Source: Patescibacteria group bacterium | Lineage (GTDB): Bacteria; Patescibacteriota; Patescibacteriia; UBA10025; JAHIVO01 | Assembly: GCA_049325535.1 (NCBI GenBank) | Contig: JBMOKY010000001.1 | Coordinates: 941,942-1,005,941, forward strand | Direction of reading: 5' to 3' | DNA length: 64,000 nucleotides | Shown: positions 19,835 through 29,356 of the stretch, one piece after another | Layout: each line of letters starts with the position of its first letter | How positions within the stretch are numbered: position 1 is the stretch's first letter | Notes under the pieces: generated by a model | Told to the model about the DNA's origin: nothing | Database searches by the model: none | What the model saw: only the letters and a program-made list of their open reading frames with translations | Position numbers and translations under genes: made by a program

Positions 19835-19870
19835 GGCAGTGCAGGGTTTTGCCTTTTAAACTATTTCGGA
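19835..19870 (-). pseudogene. 5' half-tRNA remnant
   Basis: TCCGAAA-TA-GTTT-AAAAGGCA-AAAC-C-CTGCA-CT-GCC aligns without gaps at 26/36 nt to the first 36 nt of the adjacent tRNA-Asn. Confidence 0.55.
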
Positions 19871-19872
19871 AT

Positions 19873-19896
19873 AAAAAATTCCGCCTCTTCGGCGGA
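19873..19896 (-). terminator. Intrinsic terminator (putative attenuator) upstream of tRNA-Asn
   Basis: UCCGCC-GAAGA-GGCGGA-A-UUUUUU. Confidence 0.7.
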
Positions 19897-19924
19897 TCAT
19901 CATTATTTCGCTCAACACGTCAAA

Positions 19925-19981
19925 TCACGCCGAAGGCAATCGGTGTAAGAAATTATTATTGGTTACGGAATAATGTGTCAT
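19925..19981 (-). CDS. Putative Asn-rich leader peptide MTHYSVTNNNFLHRLPSA
   Basis: ATG lies 9 nt after the -10 box. AAT-AAT-AAT occupies codons 8-10, and the last codons are complementary to the downstream terminator. Confidence 0.65.
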   Translation of the reverse strand: MTHYSVTNNNFLHRLPSA

Positions 19982-19990
19982 ACGCGGATG

Positions 19991-20019
19991 ATAGTAGCGT
20001 AGGTGCAGGCAATTGTCAA
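19991..20019 (-). promoter_or_regulatory. Sigma70 promoter of the leader/tRNA-Asn unit
   Basis: TTGACA (20019-20014), 17-nt spacer, TACTAT (19996-19991). Confidence 0.75.
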
Positions 20020-20708
20020 ACAGGGCTGCGTCGGTTGATGCTCCGCTGAACCAATACCGCAACAAACACCAGTGCCAGCATACCGGCAAAATACCACGTC
20101 TGGACCGCTTCGGACGCTTCGACTAATTTTTTGCCAAACGAAGTGAGTATAGTCAGATTGATGGCAAATCCAATGGGCATATACAGAGCAAACCGACGGT
20201 AGGGCATCCGGGATAGGCCGACCACATACCCGATCATATCCGTCGGGAATAAAATGGGGATGATGTATGTCAAAGCAATCAACAGCCGATTGCGGCGGAA
20301 AAAGGCGTCGTAGGAATCGATATGCTTCCCCCGCACGATTTTTTCTACCACCGGCCGGCCGAGTTTCCTGCCGATCATGAACGTAAGCGACGAGCCGATG
20401 ACATTGGCTACCCAGACGTAGAGCACCCCCGGCCAGACGCCATAGAGCACGCCAGCAGCGATGGAAATGAAAGTGCCGGGAATTGGCGCCAGGATAGACT
20501 CAGCGACGATTGTCAGCATCATGGCCAGCGGTCCGGTCGCGCCCAGACGCTCGGTCCATTCCTGTATGGTCGCTACGTCAGGCAACGGCGGGTTCCACCA
20601 GATAAACGCGCCCACGATTAATACGATTCCTCCGATGATGAGGAAGTCCTGTTTCCAGTCACCGGCTTCACGCCGGAGTATCCATCGCACTGTGCCGCGT
20701 ACAGACAT
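20016..20708 (-). CDS. TVP38/TMEM64 (VTT, DedA superfamily) membrane protein
   Basis: ILAPIPG...AAGVLYG.WPG...IGSSLTFMIGRKLGRP and P.D...Y..GLS.M...RF patterns. Confidence 0.85.
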   Translation of the reverse strand: MSVRGTVRWILRREAGDWKQDFLIIGGIVLIVGAFIWWNPPLPDVATIQEWTERLGATGPLAMMLTIVAESILAPIPGTFISIAAGVLYGVWPGVLYVWVANVIGSSLTFMIGRKLGRPVVEKIVRGKHIDSYDAFFRRNRLLIALTYIIPILFPTDMIGYVVGLSRMPYRRFALYMPIGFAINLTILTSFGKKLVEASEAVQTWYFAGMLALVFVAVLVQRSINRRSPV

Positions 20709-20726
20709 GCCGGTATTGTACACTAC

Positions 20727-21938
20727 TTATCCGCCGAAGGACAGCAGTGTCGGATCGATGATGAGTAATATGCCAATAATCAATATGGCAACTCCGCCGA
20801 CCAGGGTAGCGTACCGGCTCCATTTTCCTTCAGTGCCGATGGCCTTCATGGTCACCATGGCGATAAAAAATACCACCAGGTCATCCAGCATGAATATACA
20901 CACGTACAGCAGTAAATACCCATAGTAGCTGACGCGAGACAGCTCGCTCAGGCTCAGTACCTGGGTATAGACGGCGGGCAAACCGGCTGAACACATCAGC
21001 TCAATCAGATTGACCACAAACGCCACGCCAATGATACCAGGGATAGCCAACCACAGCGTCCGTTCATGCACCACCCGCTTGATCCGGTCAGTTATTTTCC
21101 GTTTCTGTTCAACGTTCGTCACCTCGCACACGCCGGGACGCGACTTGACGAAGCGTCGCAGATAGTATGCCCCTACCCCCAGCGCACCCAAACCGACCAG
21201 GATCTGCAGCCACCGCACTATTCCCACGAATCGAAACAGCTCCAGCCATGCTGCCAAAAAAATAAAATAGACCATAGCTGAAGCGGCAATAAATGTCACC
21301 CCCAAAAGCCACATGCGCCGGCGGTTTTGCATTCCTAGCAGCAGACCGATCAATATCAGGAGCACCCACATGGCACAGGGATTGAATCCGTCCACCGCCG
21401 CTATCACCACAGTCAAGCCAAACAGCGGATACGCGCTGGTGTCGATAGCACCAAAAAACGGAAGCTCGATCATACGCCTCTCGCTCGGGGTCACCTCCCG
21501 GCTCGGTTCAGGAAGCGATTCGCCCTGTACCAACACCAGAGTATCTGGACAGTTTTTCTGGAAGCAGGATTCGATGATCCCCTGTATCTCAGCTCCGGTA
21601 GTGGTGTCTCCGCCATACCCGACGACCACGTGTGAGCCAATAAATGTGGCGGGCACGCCGTTGATCGGCTCCGTAAACGCGGCGACAAACTGATAAAAAA
21701 GAGACAGCGATGCTGGCGTGCTAATTTCATAACGCTCCACCCGCAGCCGGTCGCCATACAGGCTCTGCAGCTGATCAATAAATACTTCTTCCCGCGCGCA
21801 GTGGGGGCAAGTTTCGCTATAAAAAAAATACATAGTTACGTCCGCGACCTGCTCATCGGCCGCTGCACCCGGCGTACCGGCGATGACGCACGCCACCACC
21901 GAGCAGAGCACCAATCCATGGAATAGCCATTTAATCAT
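20727..21938 (-). CDS. Thioredoxin/glutaredoxin-like domain fused to a CcdA/DsbD-like membrane domain
   Basis: FFYSETCPHC, DGFNPCAMWVL and ELMCSAGLP motifs with multiple TM helices. Confidence 0.8.
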   Translation of the reverse strand: MIKWLFHGLVLCSVVACVIAGTPGAAADEQVADVTMYFFYSETCPHCAREEVFIDQLQSLYGDRLRVERYEISTPASLSLFYQFVAAFTEPINGVPATFIGSHVVVGYGGDTTTGAEIQGIIESCFQKNCPDTLVLVQGESLPEPSREVTPSERRMIELPFFGAIDTSAYPLFGLTVVIAAVDGFNPCAMWVLLILIGLLLGMQNRRRMWLLGVTFIAASAMVYFIFLAAWLELFRFVGIVRWLQILVGLGALGVGAYYLRRFVKSRPGVCEVTNVEQKRKITDRIKRVVHERTLWLAIPGIIGVAFVVNLIELMCSAGLPAVYTQVLSLSELSRVSYYGYLLLYVCIFMLDDLVVFFIAMVTMKAIGTEGKWSRYATLVGGVAILIIGILLIIDPTLLSFGG

Positions 21939-22212
21939 ATGGTTCTATGGCAATTGCTTTACCGGCTACCAGCGCACGGGCAACTTTGTTCCGGGCGCTG
22001 CACAGCACCCGCTGAATGGTGCTTTGCGACGTATGTAGATGCCGGGCTGCACGGTTCTGATCATATCCCAAATCATCGATGAGCCAAACAACTTCTAATT
22101 CTTCACGTGAAAGATTGACCGTAGTCAGCGCGTGCAACGGTATTCCACGCGGCTTAAAATAGGTTACTTCGGGGCGAATGCACAGACGTCTGCGCAATTT
22201 TGGTCGTGGCAT
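21931..22212 (-). CDS. DUF134 (UPF0251) putative DNA-binding protein
   Basis: MPRPKLRR...YFKPRGIP...EELEVVWLID...Q..AA.....SQSTIQRVL.SAR.KVA.ALV.GKAI.IE. Confidence 0.9.
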   Translation of the reverse strand: MPRPKLRRRLCIRPEVTYFKPRGIPLHALTTVNLSREELEVVWLIDDLGYDQNRAARHLHTSQSTIQRVLCSARNKVARALVAGKAIAIEPYD

Positions 22213-22227
22213 GTATCATCCGTAAAA

Positions 22228-22446
22228 TTATTTTTTTAGTTCGCGTAACCGAGTATTGATTTCATCTAGCATGGCTTCGGCACGCTGTTTTTCCTCAGCC
22301 AAGTACGCGCGTTCCTCTGCAGGAGTCAGGCGCAGCCGCGTGCCTCTCCAGATCGGCCAACCGGCTGAGACGCCTGCCTGACAAGACCCGCGGTGCCAAC
22401 CGAGTGGTCCGGTACCGTACGGCCCAGTTCCGTCTCCATATGGCAT
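22228..22446 (-). CDS. DUF5320-like small protein
   Basis: MPYGDGTGPYGTGP...C N-terminus and a C-terminal coiled coil; GAAGGTGA SD. Confidence 0.75.
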   Translation of the reverse strand: MPYGDGTGPYGTGPLGWHRGSCQAGVSAGWPIWRGTRLRLTPAEERAYLAEEKQRAEAMLDEINTRLRELKK

Positions 22447-22460
22447 ATATATCACCTTCT

Positions 22461-22490
22461 TTCTATTATGAATATATATTCATAATAGAA
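22461..22490. promoter_or_regulatory. Perfect 30-bp palindrome, candidate operator
   Basis: TTCTATTATGAATAT-ATATTCATAATAGAA immediately upstream of the DUF5320/DUF134 operon. Confidence 0.7.
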
Positions 22491-22543
22491 CAGGCGCCAA
22501 AATTTGTCAATTCTAATATAAACCATTTCCCGTCATATTATTC

Positions 22544-23509
22544 CTACAAAAATACATTAAACAAATAACCAGTAAAAATAATACCAATTCCTACTATGCC
22601 ACCAAATATCATAATTAATTTCAAACGCATTACTTTTTTCAGAATCATAAACTCAGGTAATGATAAAGCGGTTACCGACATCATGAAAGCAAGCGTCGTG
22701 CCCATAGCCACGCCTTTTTCCGTCAACGCACCAACCAAGGGAATAACCCCTGCCGCATTTGCATAAAGCGGAATACCTATCAGCACTGCCAGAGGAACAG
22801 CATACCAGGCGTTATGACTAGCAAATCTGGCTAAGAAGTCCGTCGGCACATATCCATGGATCCAGGCGCCGACACCAATACCAATTATCACGTAAAGCCA
22901 TACCTTTTTAATGATGCCCAGCGTATAGTCCATTGCGTATGCAACCCTTACTTTCCGAGTCATGCGTGGTACGGCACGTTCTCCTAGTACCGTCTGCTGA
23001 TAGACAAATGGCGACACGAGCGTCTCGACTTTCATGGCGCCAATGACTATTCCAGCCGCTACTGCAATGATCAAACCGCTCACTATGTAGAGTACGGCGA
23101 TTTTCCAGCCAAACATTCCCAAAAGCAACACCAGCGCCACTTCGTTGATCATGGGTGAGGCAACCAGAAACGAAAATGTCACCCCTAATGGCACGCCTGC
23201 TTGGACAAAACCTAAAAATAACGGGATCGCTGAACAAGTACAAAAAGGCGTCACGATACCTAAGACAGACGCAATAATATTTCCCGCATATTTGTTCTGA
23301 CGCAATAGTAATGCCCTGATTTTCTCTGGGGGCACATAGGTACGGAGAATCGAAACAAAGAAAACGATGACGGCCAATAAAATAAATATTTTTATCGAAT
23401 CATAAATAAAAAAATTAACCGACTCCGCCAAATGTGTCTTTGGATCGAGGGGGAAAATGACCGTCGTCACCCATTCAGCAAACCATTCGATTGGAGAAAA
23501 AATATTCAC
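22544..23509 (-). CDS. ArsP/DUF318-family permease
   Basis: TPFCTCSAIP, SFLVASPMINE, GIPLY and ALSLPEF motifs. Confidence 0.9.
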   Translation of the reverse strand: MNIFSPIEWFAEWVTTVIFPLDPKTHLAESVNFFIYDSIKIFILLAVIVFFVSILRTYVPPEKIRALLLRQNKYAGNIIASVLGIVTPFCTCSAIPLFLGFVQAGVPLGVTFSFLVASPMINEVALVLLLGMFGWKIAVLYIVSGLIIAVAAGIVIGAMKVETLVSPFVYQQTVLGERAVPRMTRKVRVAYAMDYTLGIIKKVWLYVIIGIGVGAWIHGYVPTDFLARFASHNAWYAVPLAVLIGIPLYANAAGVIPLVGALTEKGVAMGTTLAFMMSVTALSLPEFMILKKVMRLKLIMIFGGIVGIGIIFTGYLFNVFL

Positions 23510-23510
23510 C

Positions 23511-23753
23511 TCAACCTATATGCTTTTTAATTATTGCTGTTACCTGTTCTTTATTCGGACTCAGCCCAACGAGTACCGGCTTGCCATCTATGGCCAACAC
23601 GGGGCTGGATAGAACACCCATCGCTACTATTTTTTGAACGTCAGTTATATATTCAACGTGAGTACTCAACCCTAATGCACTCACTACTTCTTTCGTTATG
23701 GCAAATAATTTGTGGCAGGTCGGGCAACCCGAGCCGAGTACTTGGATGATCAT
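23511..23753 (-). CDS. Small redox-active disulfide protein (thioredoxin-like, MTH895 type)
   Basis: IQVLGSGCPTC...GVLSSPVLAIDG. Confidence 0.88.
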   Translation of the reverse strand: MIIQVLGSGCPTCHKLFAITKEVVSALGLSTHVEYITDVQKIVAMGVLSSPVLAIDGKPVLVGLSPNKEQVTAIIKKHIG

Positions 23754-24055
23754 AATGGTATCGAATTTGTCAGGAGGCGATGGAATTTTTTAATTACTCT
23801 TTCATTTCGCGCATAGATGATCCGAGTTCCCTCACGGCGGGACGTTAAAAACTCGGCATCACGAAGCATTTTTAAGTGGTGTGATGTGAGATTTTGAGGA
23901 AGATCCAATGCTTGGAAAATATCGCACACGCATCGCTCACCTTTTTTGAGCAAACACAATATACGTAACCGATTCGGTTCCGCCAAAACTGCTAACTCAT
24001 CGGCTAAACTGACAATATTTTTATCTTCGAGAGAGCCCGGTGCGCAACATTTCAT
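23750..24055 (-). CDS. ArsR/SmtB-family repressor
   Basis: LAEPNRLRIL, ERCVCDI, SHHLKMLR and RREG motifs. Confidence 0.92.
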   Translation of the reverse strand: MKCCAPGSLEDKNIVSLADELAVLAEPNRLRILCLLKKGERCVCDIFQALDLPQNLTSHHLKMLRDAEFLTSRREGTRIIYARNERVIKKFHRLLTNSIPL

Positions 24056-24080
24056 ATATCAATAGATATTGATATATGAA
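24051..24080. promoter_or_regulatory. ArsR-type operator (14-2-14 inverted repeat)
   Basis: TTCATATATCAATA-GA-TATTGATATATGAA overlaps the ArsR start codon and fits the known 12-2-12 ArsR/SmtB architecture. Confidence 0.8.
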
Positions 24081-24118
24081 GCATAACGAAACTAAGTAGA
24101 CCGGTCAAGCCCTACCCT

Positions 24119-24451
24119 TTAATACACGCGGCTGCCTAAGGGTGCGTCTCGATCCGGTTGGAGCAAGACTAATGCGCCGGTCTCGTTTGAGACACCCATC
24201 ACCAGCACCTCAGACATAAACCCGGCAATATTTTTGGGTGGGAAATTGACGGTGCAGACTACGAGCCGCTGAAGCAATTGCTCGGGCGTGTAATCCCGTT
24301 TTGCCTGGACGCTGGACCACTTGGTGCCGAGCTCAGCGCCGAAATCAACCTGCACGCGAAAGGATGGATTTTTCGCCCGAGGAAATTCTTCCACCGCAAT
24401 TATTCGGCCGACGCGCATGTCTACTTTCTGGAAATCATCGTAGGTAATCAT
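24119..24451 (-). CDS. csaA: CsaA / tRNA-binding OB-fold protein
   Basis: ITYDDFQKVDMRVG, VDFGAELGTKWSS and NFPPKNIAGFMSEVLVMG. Confidence 0.85.
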   Translation of the reverse strand: MITYDDFQKVDMRVGRIIAVEEFPRAKNPSFRVQVDFGAELGTKWSSVQAKRDYTPEQLLQRLVVCTVNFPPKNIAGFMSEVLVMGVSNETGALVLLQPDRDAPLGSRVY

Positions 24452-24978
24452 AATTCAAAAGGAATACTAGCAAAGGAATAGAGAAATATAACAACTCCTG
24501 CTGCGCCTAATAATAGCAACACGGTATCGAGCAGTCCGCCTGTTCGCACGCGCAGCATCCGGGGTAATAACCCAATGCGCAATTGTAATGGCCAGAGGAG
24601 TCCAATGCCGGATTTGGTGAGCGCATCCAGCAAAAGATGGCTCAGATACGCAAGTAACACGACCATCCATGCCACCGTATTTGTTGGCAATAGGACCGCA
24701 ATGACGATACTCACGGCCACCAGTATGACCGCGGAATGGAGAAACCCCCGGTGCCCAAAAACCATCCCCGTCACCAGAGCAACCGGCGCTAGTGGTTTGA
24801 CACGCATATGTCGGCTGCCAATGGATAAATTTTTGATGGTCGATTCAGACGCGTCCAGATCTGGGATCAATGCCACAAAAGCTGCCACTGCTACCCACCA
24901 GGGTGCCACGACCCAGCCCAGTGCCACCGGGATCCACACGGCATTTGCCCCCACCGCTGCATGAGTCACGCCGCGCAT
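24448..24978 (-). CDS. YdjM-like membrane metal-dependent hydrolase
   Basis: TH, PDLD, HRGFLHS and SHLLLDALT motifs. Confidence 0.85.
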   Translation of the reverse strand: MRGVTHAAVGANAVWIPVALGWVVAPWWVAVAAFVALIPDLDASESTIKNLSIGSRHMRVKPLAPVALVTGMVFGHRGFLHSAVILVAVSIVIAVLLPTNTVAWMVVLLAYLSHLLLDALTKSGIGLLWPLQLRIGLLPRMLRVRTGGLLDTVLLLLGAAGVVIFLYSFASIPFEL

Positions 24979-24980
24979 AC

Positions 24981-25853
24981 CTAGACGTCAATATTGAAAA
25001 ACCTACTGACGACAAATCCAATTGCAAACGTAACGGCAGCAACCCCGAGACTCAACCCTGCCATCTCGATAAATCGCTTGCGGAATGAATACCCCTGCGC
25101 CACCGACACATAGTAATTGAATAACGCAATAATAACGAGTGCGGCGCTCAATGAAATGGCCAGTGCCACGAACGGATTGTCCAGAAAAAAGAATGGCAAT
25201 ATCAAAATAATAACCGTCAATACATACGCTGTACCCGTATATAGTGAAGCGCGCACCGGATGCCGGCCATCGCCCTCACTTTTCGTAGATAGATATTCTG
25301 ACACCGCCATGGACAATGACGCGGCAATGCCCGTGATCAAGCCGACCACCGCAATAATATCCGTCCGCTGCAACGTCAGGGTAAAACCAGCCAAAGCGCC
25401 GGTTAATTCTACCAGTGCATCATTGAGACCGAGCACCATCGAGCCGACGTATTTCAACCGCTCTTCATCGATCATGGCGATGAGTTCTTTCTCATGTCGC
25501 TCTTCGTCACGGATGATCTGCTCATCGATCTGAGTGAGCTGAGCACTGGAGGCATAATTCGCTTGGGCTTTTTCTTCGCCTCGCTCCATGAGTTTCACCG
25601 CAAACGTCAGACCAAAAATACGACCCAACAATACGTACCACCGAACCATACTCAGGCGCGGAGCAATTTCCTGACCCGAGCGCTCTTTCCAGAAATGGTA
25701 GTGCGCTAATTCATCTGCAGCAATCCGCTCCAGTACCTGTCGATTATGCGCATCGCGCATGCTGGCCGCTAAACGCAAATAAATATGGTGTTCGGTAATC
25801 TCGGTCTGCTGAGCAATGCGGATAAGTTTTTGAGCTTCGGTTAGGATTGTCAT
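24981..25853 (-). CDS. Rubrerythrin-like + VIT1/CCC1 iron transporter family protein
   Basis: ExxH ferritin-like motifs (DELAH, DEERH), followed by VLGLNDALVE and SLSMAVSEYLS. Confidence 0.88.
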   Translation of the reverse strand: MTILTEAQKLIRIAQQTEITEHHIYLRLAASMRDAHNRQVLERIAADELAHYHFWKERSGQEIAPRLSMVRWYVLLGRIFGLTFAVKLMERGEEKAQANYASSAQLTQIDEQIIRDEERHEKELIAMIDEERLKYVGSMVLGLNDALVELTGALAGFTLTLQRTDIIAVVGLITGIAASLSMAVSEYLSTKSEGDGRHPVRASLYTGTAYVLTVIILILPFFFLDNPFVALAISLSAALVIIALFNYYVSVAQGYSFRKRFIEMAGLSLGVAAVTFAIGFVVSRFFNIDV

Positions 25854-26045
25854 TGCTATATTGTAGCACGAAATACGAAAACCGCCGGATCCACGGGTGA
25901 ATCGGCTACCCCACCGGGGATCCCGACGTATGTCAGGACAACCTACTTAAAAAACCCTCTGGTCCGGGGACAACCCGCCCGAACAATTTCAGTCGTTCAG
26001 TCGGGCGGGTACCACTGAATCGTCAAGTGAGCATCATACCCAGCC

Positions 26046-26117
26046 CTCCGGGGACAGGATTCGAACCTGCGACCAAGTGGTTAACAGCCACCTGCTCTAC
26101 CACTGAGCTACCCCGGA
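26046..26117 (-). tRNA. tRNA-Asn(GUU), canonical copy
   Basis: TCCGGGGTAGCTCAGTGGTAGAGCAGGTGGCT-GTT-AACCACTTGGTCGCAGGTTCGAATCCTGTCCCCGGAG. Confidence 0.97.
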
Positions 26118-26133
26118 GGGCTGGATAAAATGT

Positions 26134-27378
26134 TTAGTAATCCCGTAATTTTTTCATCCCTTTATGGTCTTCTATCTTCTCCAGCGCCTTCGCCTCGATC
26201 TGACGGATACGCTCACGGGTGACACCAAATTCCTGACCAACCTCCTCCAGCGTATGCGACACGCCATCCTGCAGTCCAAACCGCATTTCTAATATTTTCT
26301 GCTCACGAGGTGACAGCTCACGGATGATATCAGTCACATGGTCTTTCAGCAGCTGCATGGCGGCGACGCGATCCGGGGTAATCGTTTTTACGTCTTCGAT
26401 GAAATCCCCGAGCACCGAATCCTCGTCATCACTGTCACCCACCGACGTTTCCAGCGATACTGTGTCCTGGGATATTTTCATAATATGATGGATTTTGTCA
26501 ATATCCTCACCCATTTCCGCGGCAATCTCCTCAGGCATCGGCTCGCGCCCCAGATCCTGAATCAGCTGGCGCTCAATCTGCTGGAACCGATTGATTGTTT
26601 CCACCATATGCACCGGAATGCGAATTGTACGTGACTGATCAGCTAAGGCCCGGGTGATTGCTTGCCGGATCCACCACGTGGCATAGGTGGAAAATTTATA
26701 CCCTTTGCGATAGTCAAACTTCTCCACGGCACGAAACAAACCGATATTGCCTTCCTGAATTAAATCAAGCAACGACAGAGAGCGGCCGGTAAATTTCTTA
26801 GCTATGGAAACGACTAAGCGGAGATTCGCCTCTACCAGTTTCCGCTGGGCCTCCACCTCACCGCGCTCTTTCCGTTTGGCGAGCTCCATTTCCTCTTCTC
26901 CGGACAGCAGCGGCACTTTACCGATTTCCCGCAGATACATCTGGATAGAATCATTGGAAATATCGGACAGGTCCAACCGGCGGGCGTCCACTTCGGCTTT
27001 TTTACTGGCTTTCGGTGTCGGCTCTGGTTCGTCTAAATTCCCCAAAATACTGCCCGTATCTTCGATGACATTGATTCCGGCTCCTTCTAGCCGATCCAAA
27101 AAAGCCTCATACTGAGGCACGTATTCCTCCAATTGTCCAAACGCATAGAGTAACTCGGTCTCGGTCACGAAACCTCGGGCATGCGATTTTGCAAAAAGAC
27201 GGTTCAGGACACTGTCCTCGACGACAACTTTCTCCTTTTTTCCGCCACGGGCTGTCGATTTTTTAACTGCGGTCTTCCGGATATGGCGCGTGGATTTGCC
27301 AGCGGTACGTTTGGTTGGTTTGCTTGTTTTTTTCTTTGATGTCGATACCTTCTTTTTCGTATTCAATTTGGTGGGCAT
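26134..27378 (-). CDS. rpoD: Primary sigma factor RpoD/SigA
   Basis: [42 protein letters not shown] and [10 protein letters not shown] motifs; Lys-rich N-terminus. Confidence 0.96.
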   Translation of the reverse strand: MPTKLNTKKKVSTSKKKTSKPTKRTAGKSTRHIRKTAVKKSTARGGKKEKVVVEDSVLNRLFAKSHARGFVTETELLYAFGQLEEYVPQYEAFLDRLEGAGINVIEDTGSILGNLDEPEPTPKASKKAEVDARRLDLSDISNDSIQMYLREIGKVPLLSGEEEMELAKRKERGEVEAQRKLVEANLRLVVSIAKKFTGRSLSLLDLIQEGNIGLFRAVEKFDYRKGYKFSTYATWWIRQAITRALADQSRTIRIPVHMVETINRFQQIERQLIQDLGREPMPEEIAAEMGEDIDKIHHIMKISQDTVSLETSVGDSDDEDSVLGDFIEDVKTITPDRVAAMQLLKDHVTDIIRELSPREQKILEMRFGLQDGVSHTLEEVGQEFGVTRERIRQIEAKALEKIEDHKGMKKLRDY

Positions 27379-27395
27379 GTCAGAATAACTAAAAA

Positions 27396-29192
27396 TTAGG
27401 AGACCTGCTGCAGCTCGGCGGTGAGATCAGCAAATTGATGACTCAAACGCTCCAGAAGTTCGTCCTCATGACGGGACTCTGCGAGACGCATCTGCTGCTC
27501 GATTGCTTTTAGCTGCTGCTGAATGTAGTGCCGTTTCAGCGACTGGGCTCCAATGATGATTTCATGCTCTGCCTCTGTATCGGTAAGATCCGCAGTGGTT
27601 TGGCCTGCCTTGAGCGCCAGTATATCGGCGTACGTGACCAAACTGGGATCTTCCTGGCGGAGCGGAGTGATAAAGCCCTGATAGGTGAAATTTTGATTTT
27701 CAGTATAATAAACACTGAGTAATTTGTAAAGGGAATGAAGCTTCTCATCCGGGATGTAGGCGGGCAGTACTTTTTCTACCAACGTCGGCAACACCGAGGG
27801 CCGCTCAAGGCCTATACCCACGACATGTTCGGCAACCTTGGCTGCCCGGTCAGTGGCAGGAGCGGCCGTAGCTGCTGTGGGAACATTTTTATCCGCTGTA
27901 GAACCTATCGATTGCAGCTGGCGTAATTTATCGTGGAGTGCCGCTTCATCGACATGAAGCACCTCGGCCAATTTTTGCAAATAATGAGTTTGCTCAATCG
28001 AATCGGCCAACAACGCTATCACCGGAAGGAGGATACGCGCCGTTTGTTTTTTTCCTTCTACCTGGGTGACGTCGTGCTCGGCCAGTGTGGTCGAAAAATA
28101 GTACTCCATGATGGATTGGGCGTGTGCAATTGCCTCACCCCACGCGGAGGAATTTTTCTGGATCAGTTCATCAGGATCCTTGCCCTCGGGAACGGTTATT
28201 ACCTTGGTGGTCAGGTCTTCCTGCCAGGCAACCACGATGCCGCGTTTGGCGGCGGTATCACCCGCCAGATCCTGATCAAAGGCAAATCGAACTTCAGTAG
28301 TAAATCGCTTGAGTAATTTTACCTGTTCGCTGGTCAGTGCGGTGCCGGAAGCAGCGACGACATTGGTCACACCGGCTTGATGTGATGCCAGACAGTCCAT
28401 ATACCCCTCCACTACTACCGCGAATTTTTGTTTCTTTATCTCGGTCTTTGCCTTGTCCAATCCGTAGAGCACTTGACTCTTATTATAAATCAGCGTCTGG
28501 GGAGTATTGATATACTTAGCCACGTCTTTTTCCGGCCCGAGCCACCGCCCACCAAACCCAATAATATTCCCATGATGGTCGCTGATGGGAAACATCAGGC
28601 GTTTATGGAAACGATCATTATATCCCGTGCCCCGCTCCTTCTTCACCGTCATTCCCGCTTGGAAAATATCGTCTACTTTGAAATTCTTTTTCTGCACTAA
28701 ATAGTTGTTCAGCGTATCCCAAGCATCCGGGGCATAGCCGAGCTGCCACGATTGGATTGATTCGGTTGTGACGCCACGCTTCGCCAGATAATCACGGACA
28801 AATTGAGCTTTGGGATGATCAATCAGTATGGCATGATAAAATTCAGCGGCGGCGCGGGTAATATCCTGGTACAGTGTTTTTTTATTGGCCAGCCCTGGAT
28901 CCTGATACTGCAGCTGCACCCCAGCTTTTTTTGCCAGATGACGCAAAGCCTCCGGAAACTCCATGCCTTCCATCTTCTGCACAAATCCAAATATGTCACC
29001 GCCTTCGCCGCATCCAAAGCAATGCCAGATCTGCTTATCTTTTGAGACCATGAATGACGGCGTCTTTTCTCCGTGCAGCGGACACAGCGCTTTGAAATTA
29101 TTAGTTCCGGCGGGTTTGAGTTGGATGTACTCGCCGATAACCTCGACGATGTCTAGTTTAGATTTTATTGCCTCAATGTTATCTTGAACCAT
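27396..29192 (-). CDS. dnaG: DNA primase
   Basis: CPLH.EKTPSF...HCFGC zinc finger, KYINTP, VEGYMD and FDQDLAG Toprim motifs. Confidence 0.97.
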   Translation of the reverse strand: MVQDNIEAIKSKLDIVEVIGEYIQLKPAGTNNFKALCPLHGEKTPSFMVSKDKQIWHCFGCGEGGDIFGFVQKMEGMEFPEALRHLAKKAGVQLQYQDPGLANKKTLYQDITRAAAEFYHAILIDHPKAQFVRDYLAKRGVTTESIQSWQLGYAPDAWDTLNNYLVQKKNFKVDDIFQAGMTVKKERGTGYNDRFHKRLMFPISDHHGNIIGFGGRWLGPEKDVAKYINTPQTLIYNKSQVLYGLDKAKTEIKKQKFAVVVEGYMDCLASHQAGVTNVVAASGTALTSEQVKLLKRFTTEVRFAFDQDLAGDTAAKRGIVVAWQEDLTTKVITVPEGKDPDELIQKNSSAWGEAIAHAQSIMEYYFSTTLAEHDVTQVEGKKQTARILLPVIALLADSIEQTHYLQKLAEVLHVDEAALHDKLRQLQSIGSTADKNVPTAATAAPATDRAAKVAEHVVGIGLERPSVLPTLVEKVLPAYIPDEKLHSLYKLLSVYYTENQNFTYQGFITPLRQEDPSLVTYADILALKAGQTTADLTDTEAEHEIIIGAQSLKRHYIQQQLKAIEQQMRLAESRHEDELLERLSHQFADLTAELQQVS

Positions 29193-29356
29193 TAATTTTT
29201 ACGGTAATACCGCATTAATAACTGACTAAGTTTGTGTGTCTGCGAGCGACCCCGTACCAAGCGAATGATAGAGCGCTTTGGCATGGGGTCAATAGTATCT
29301 CGGGGGTATACTCGATCTATCGTACGATGGTTTAAAAAAATTCTTCATGAGCAGAG

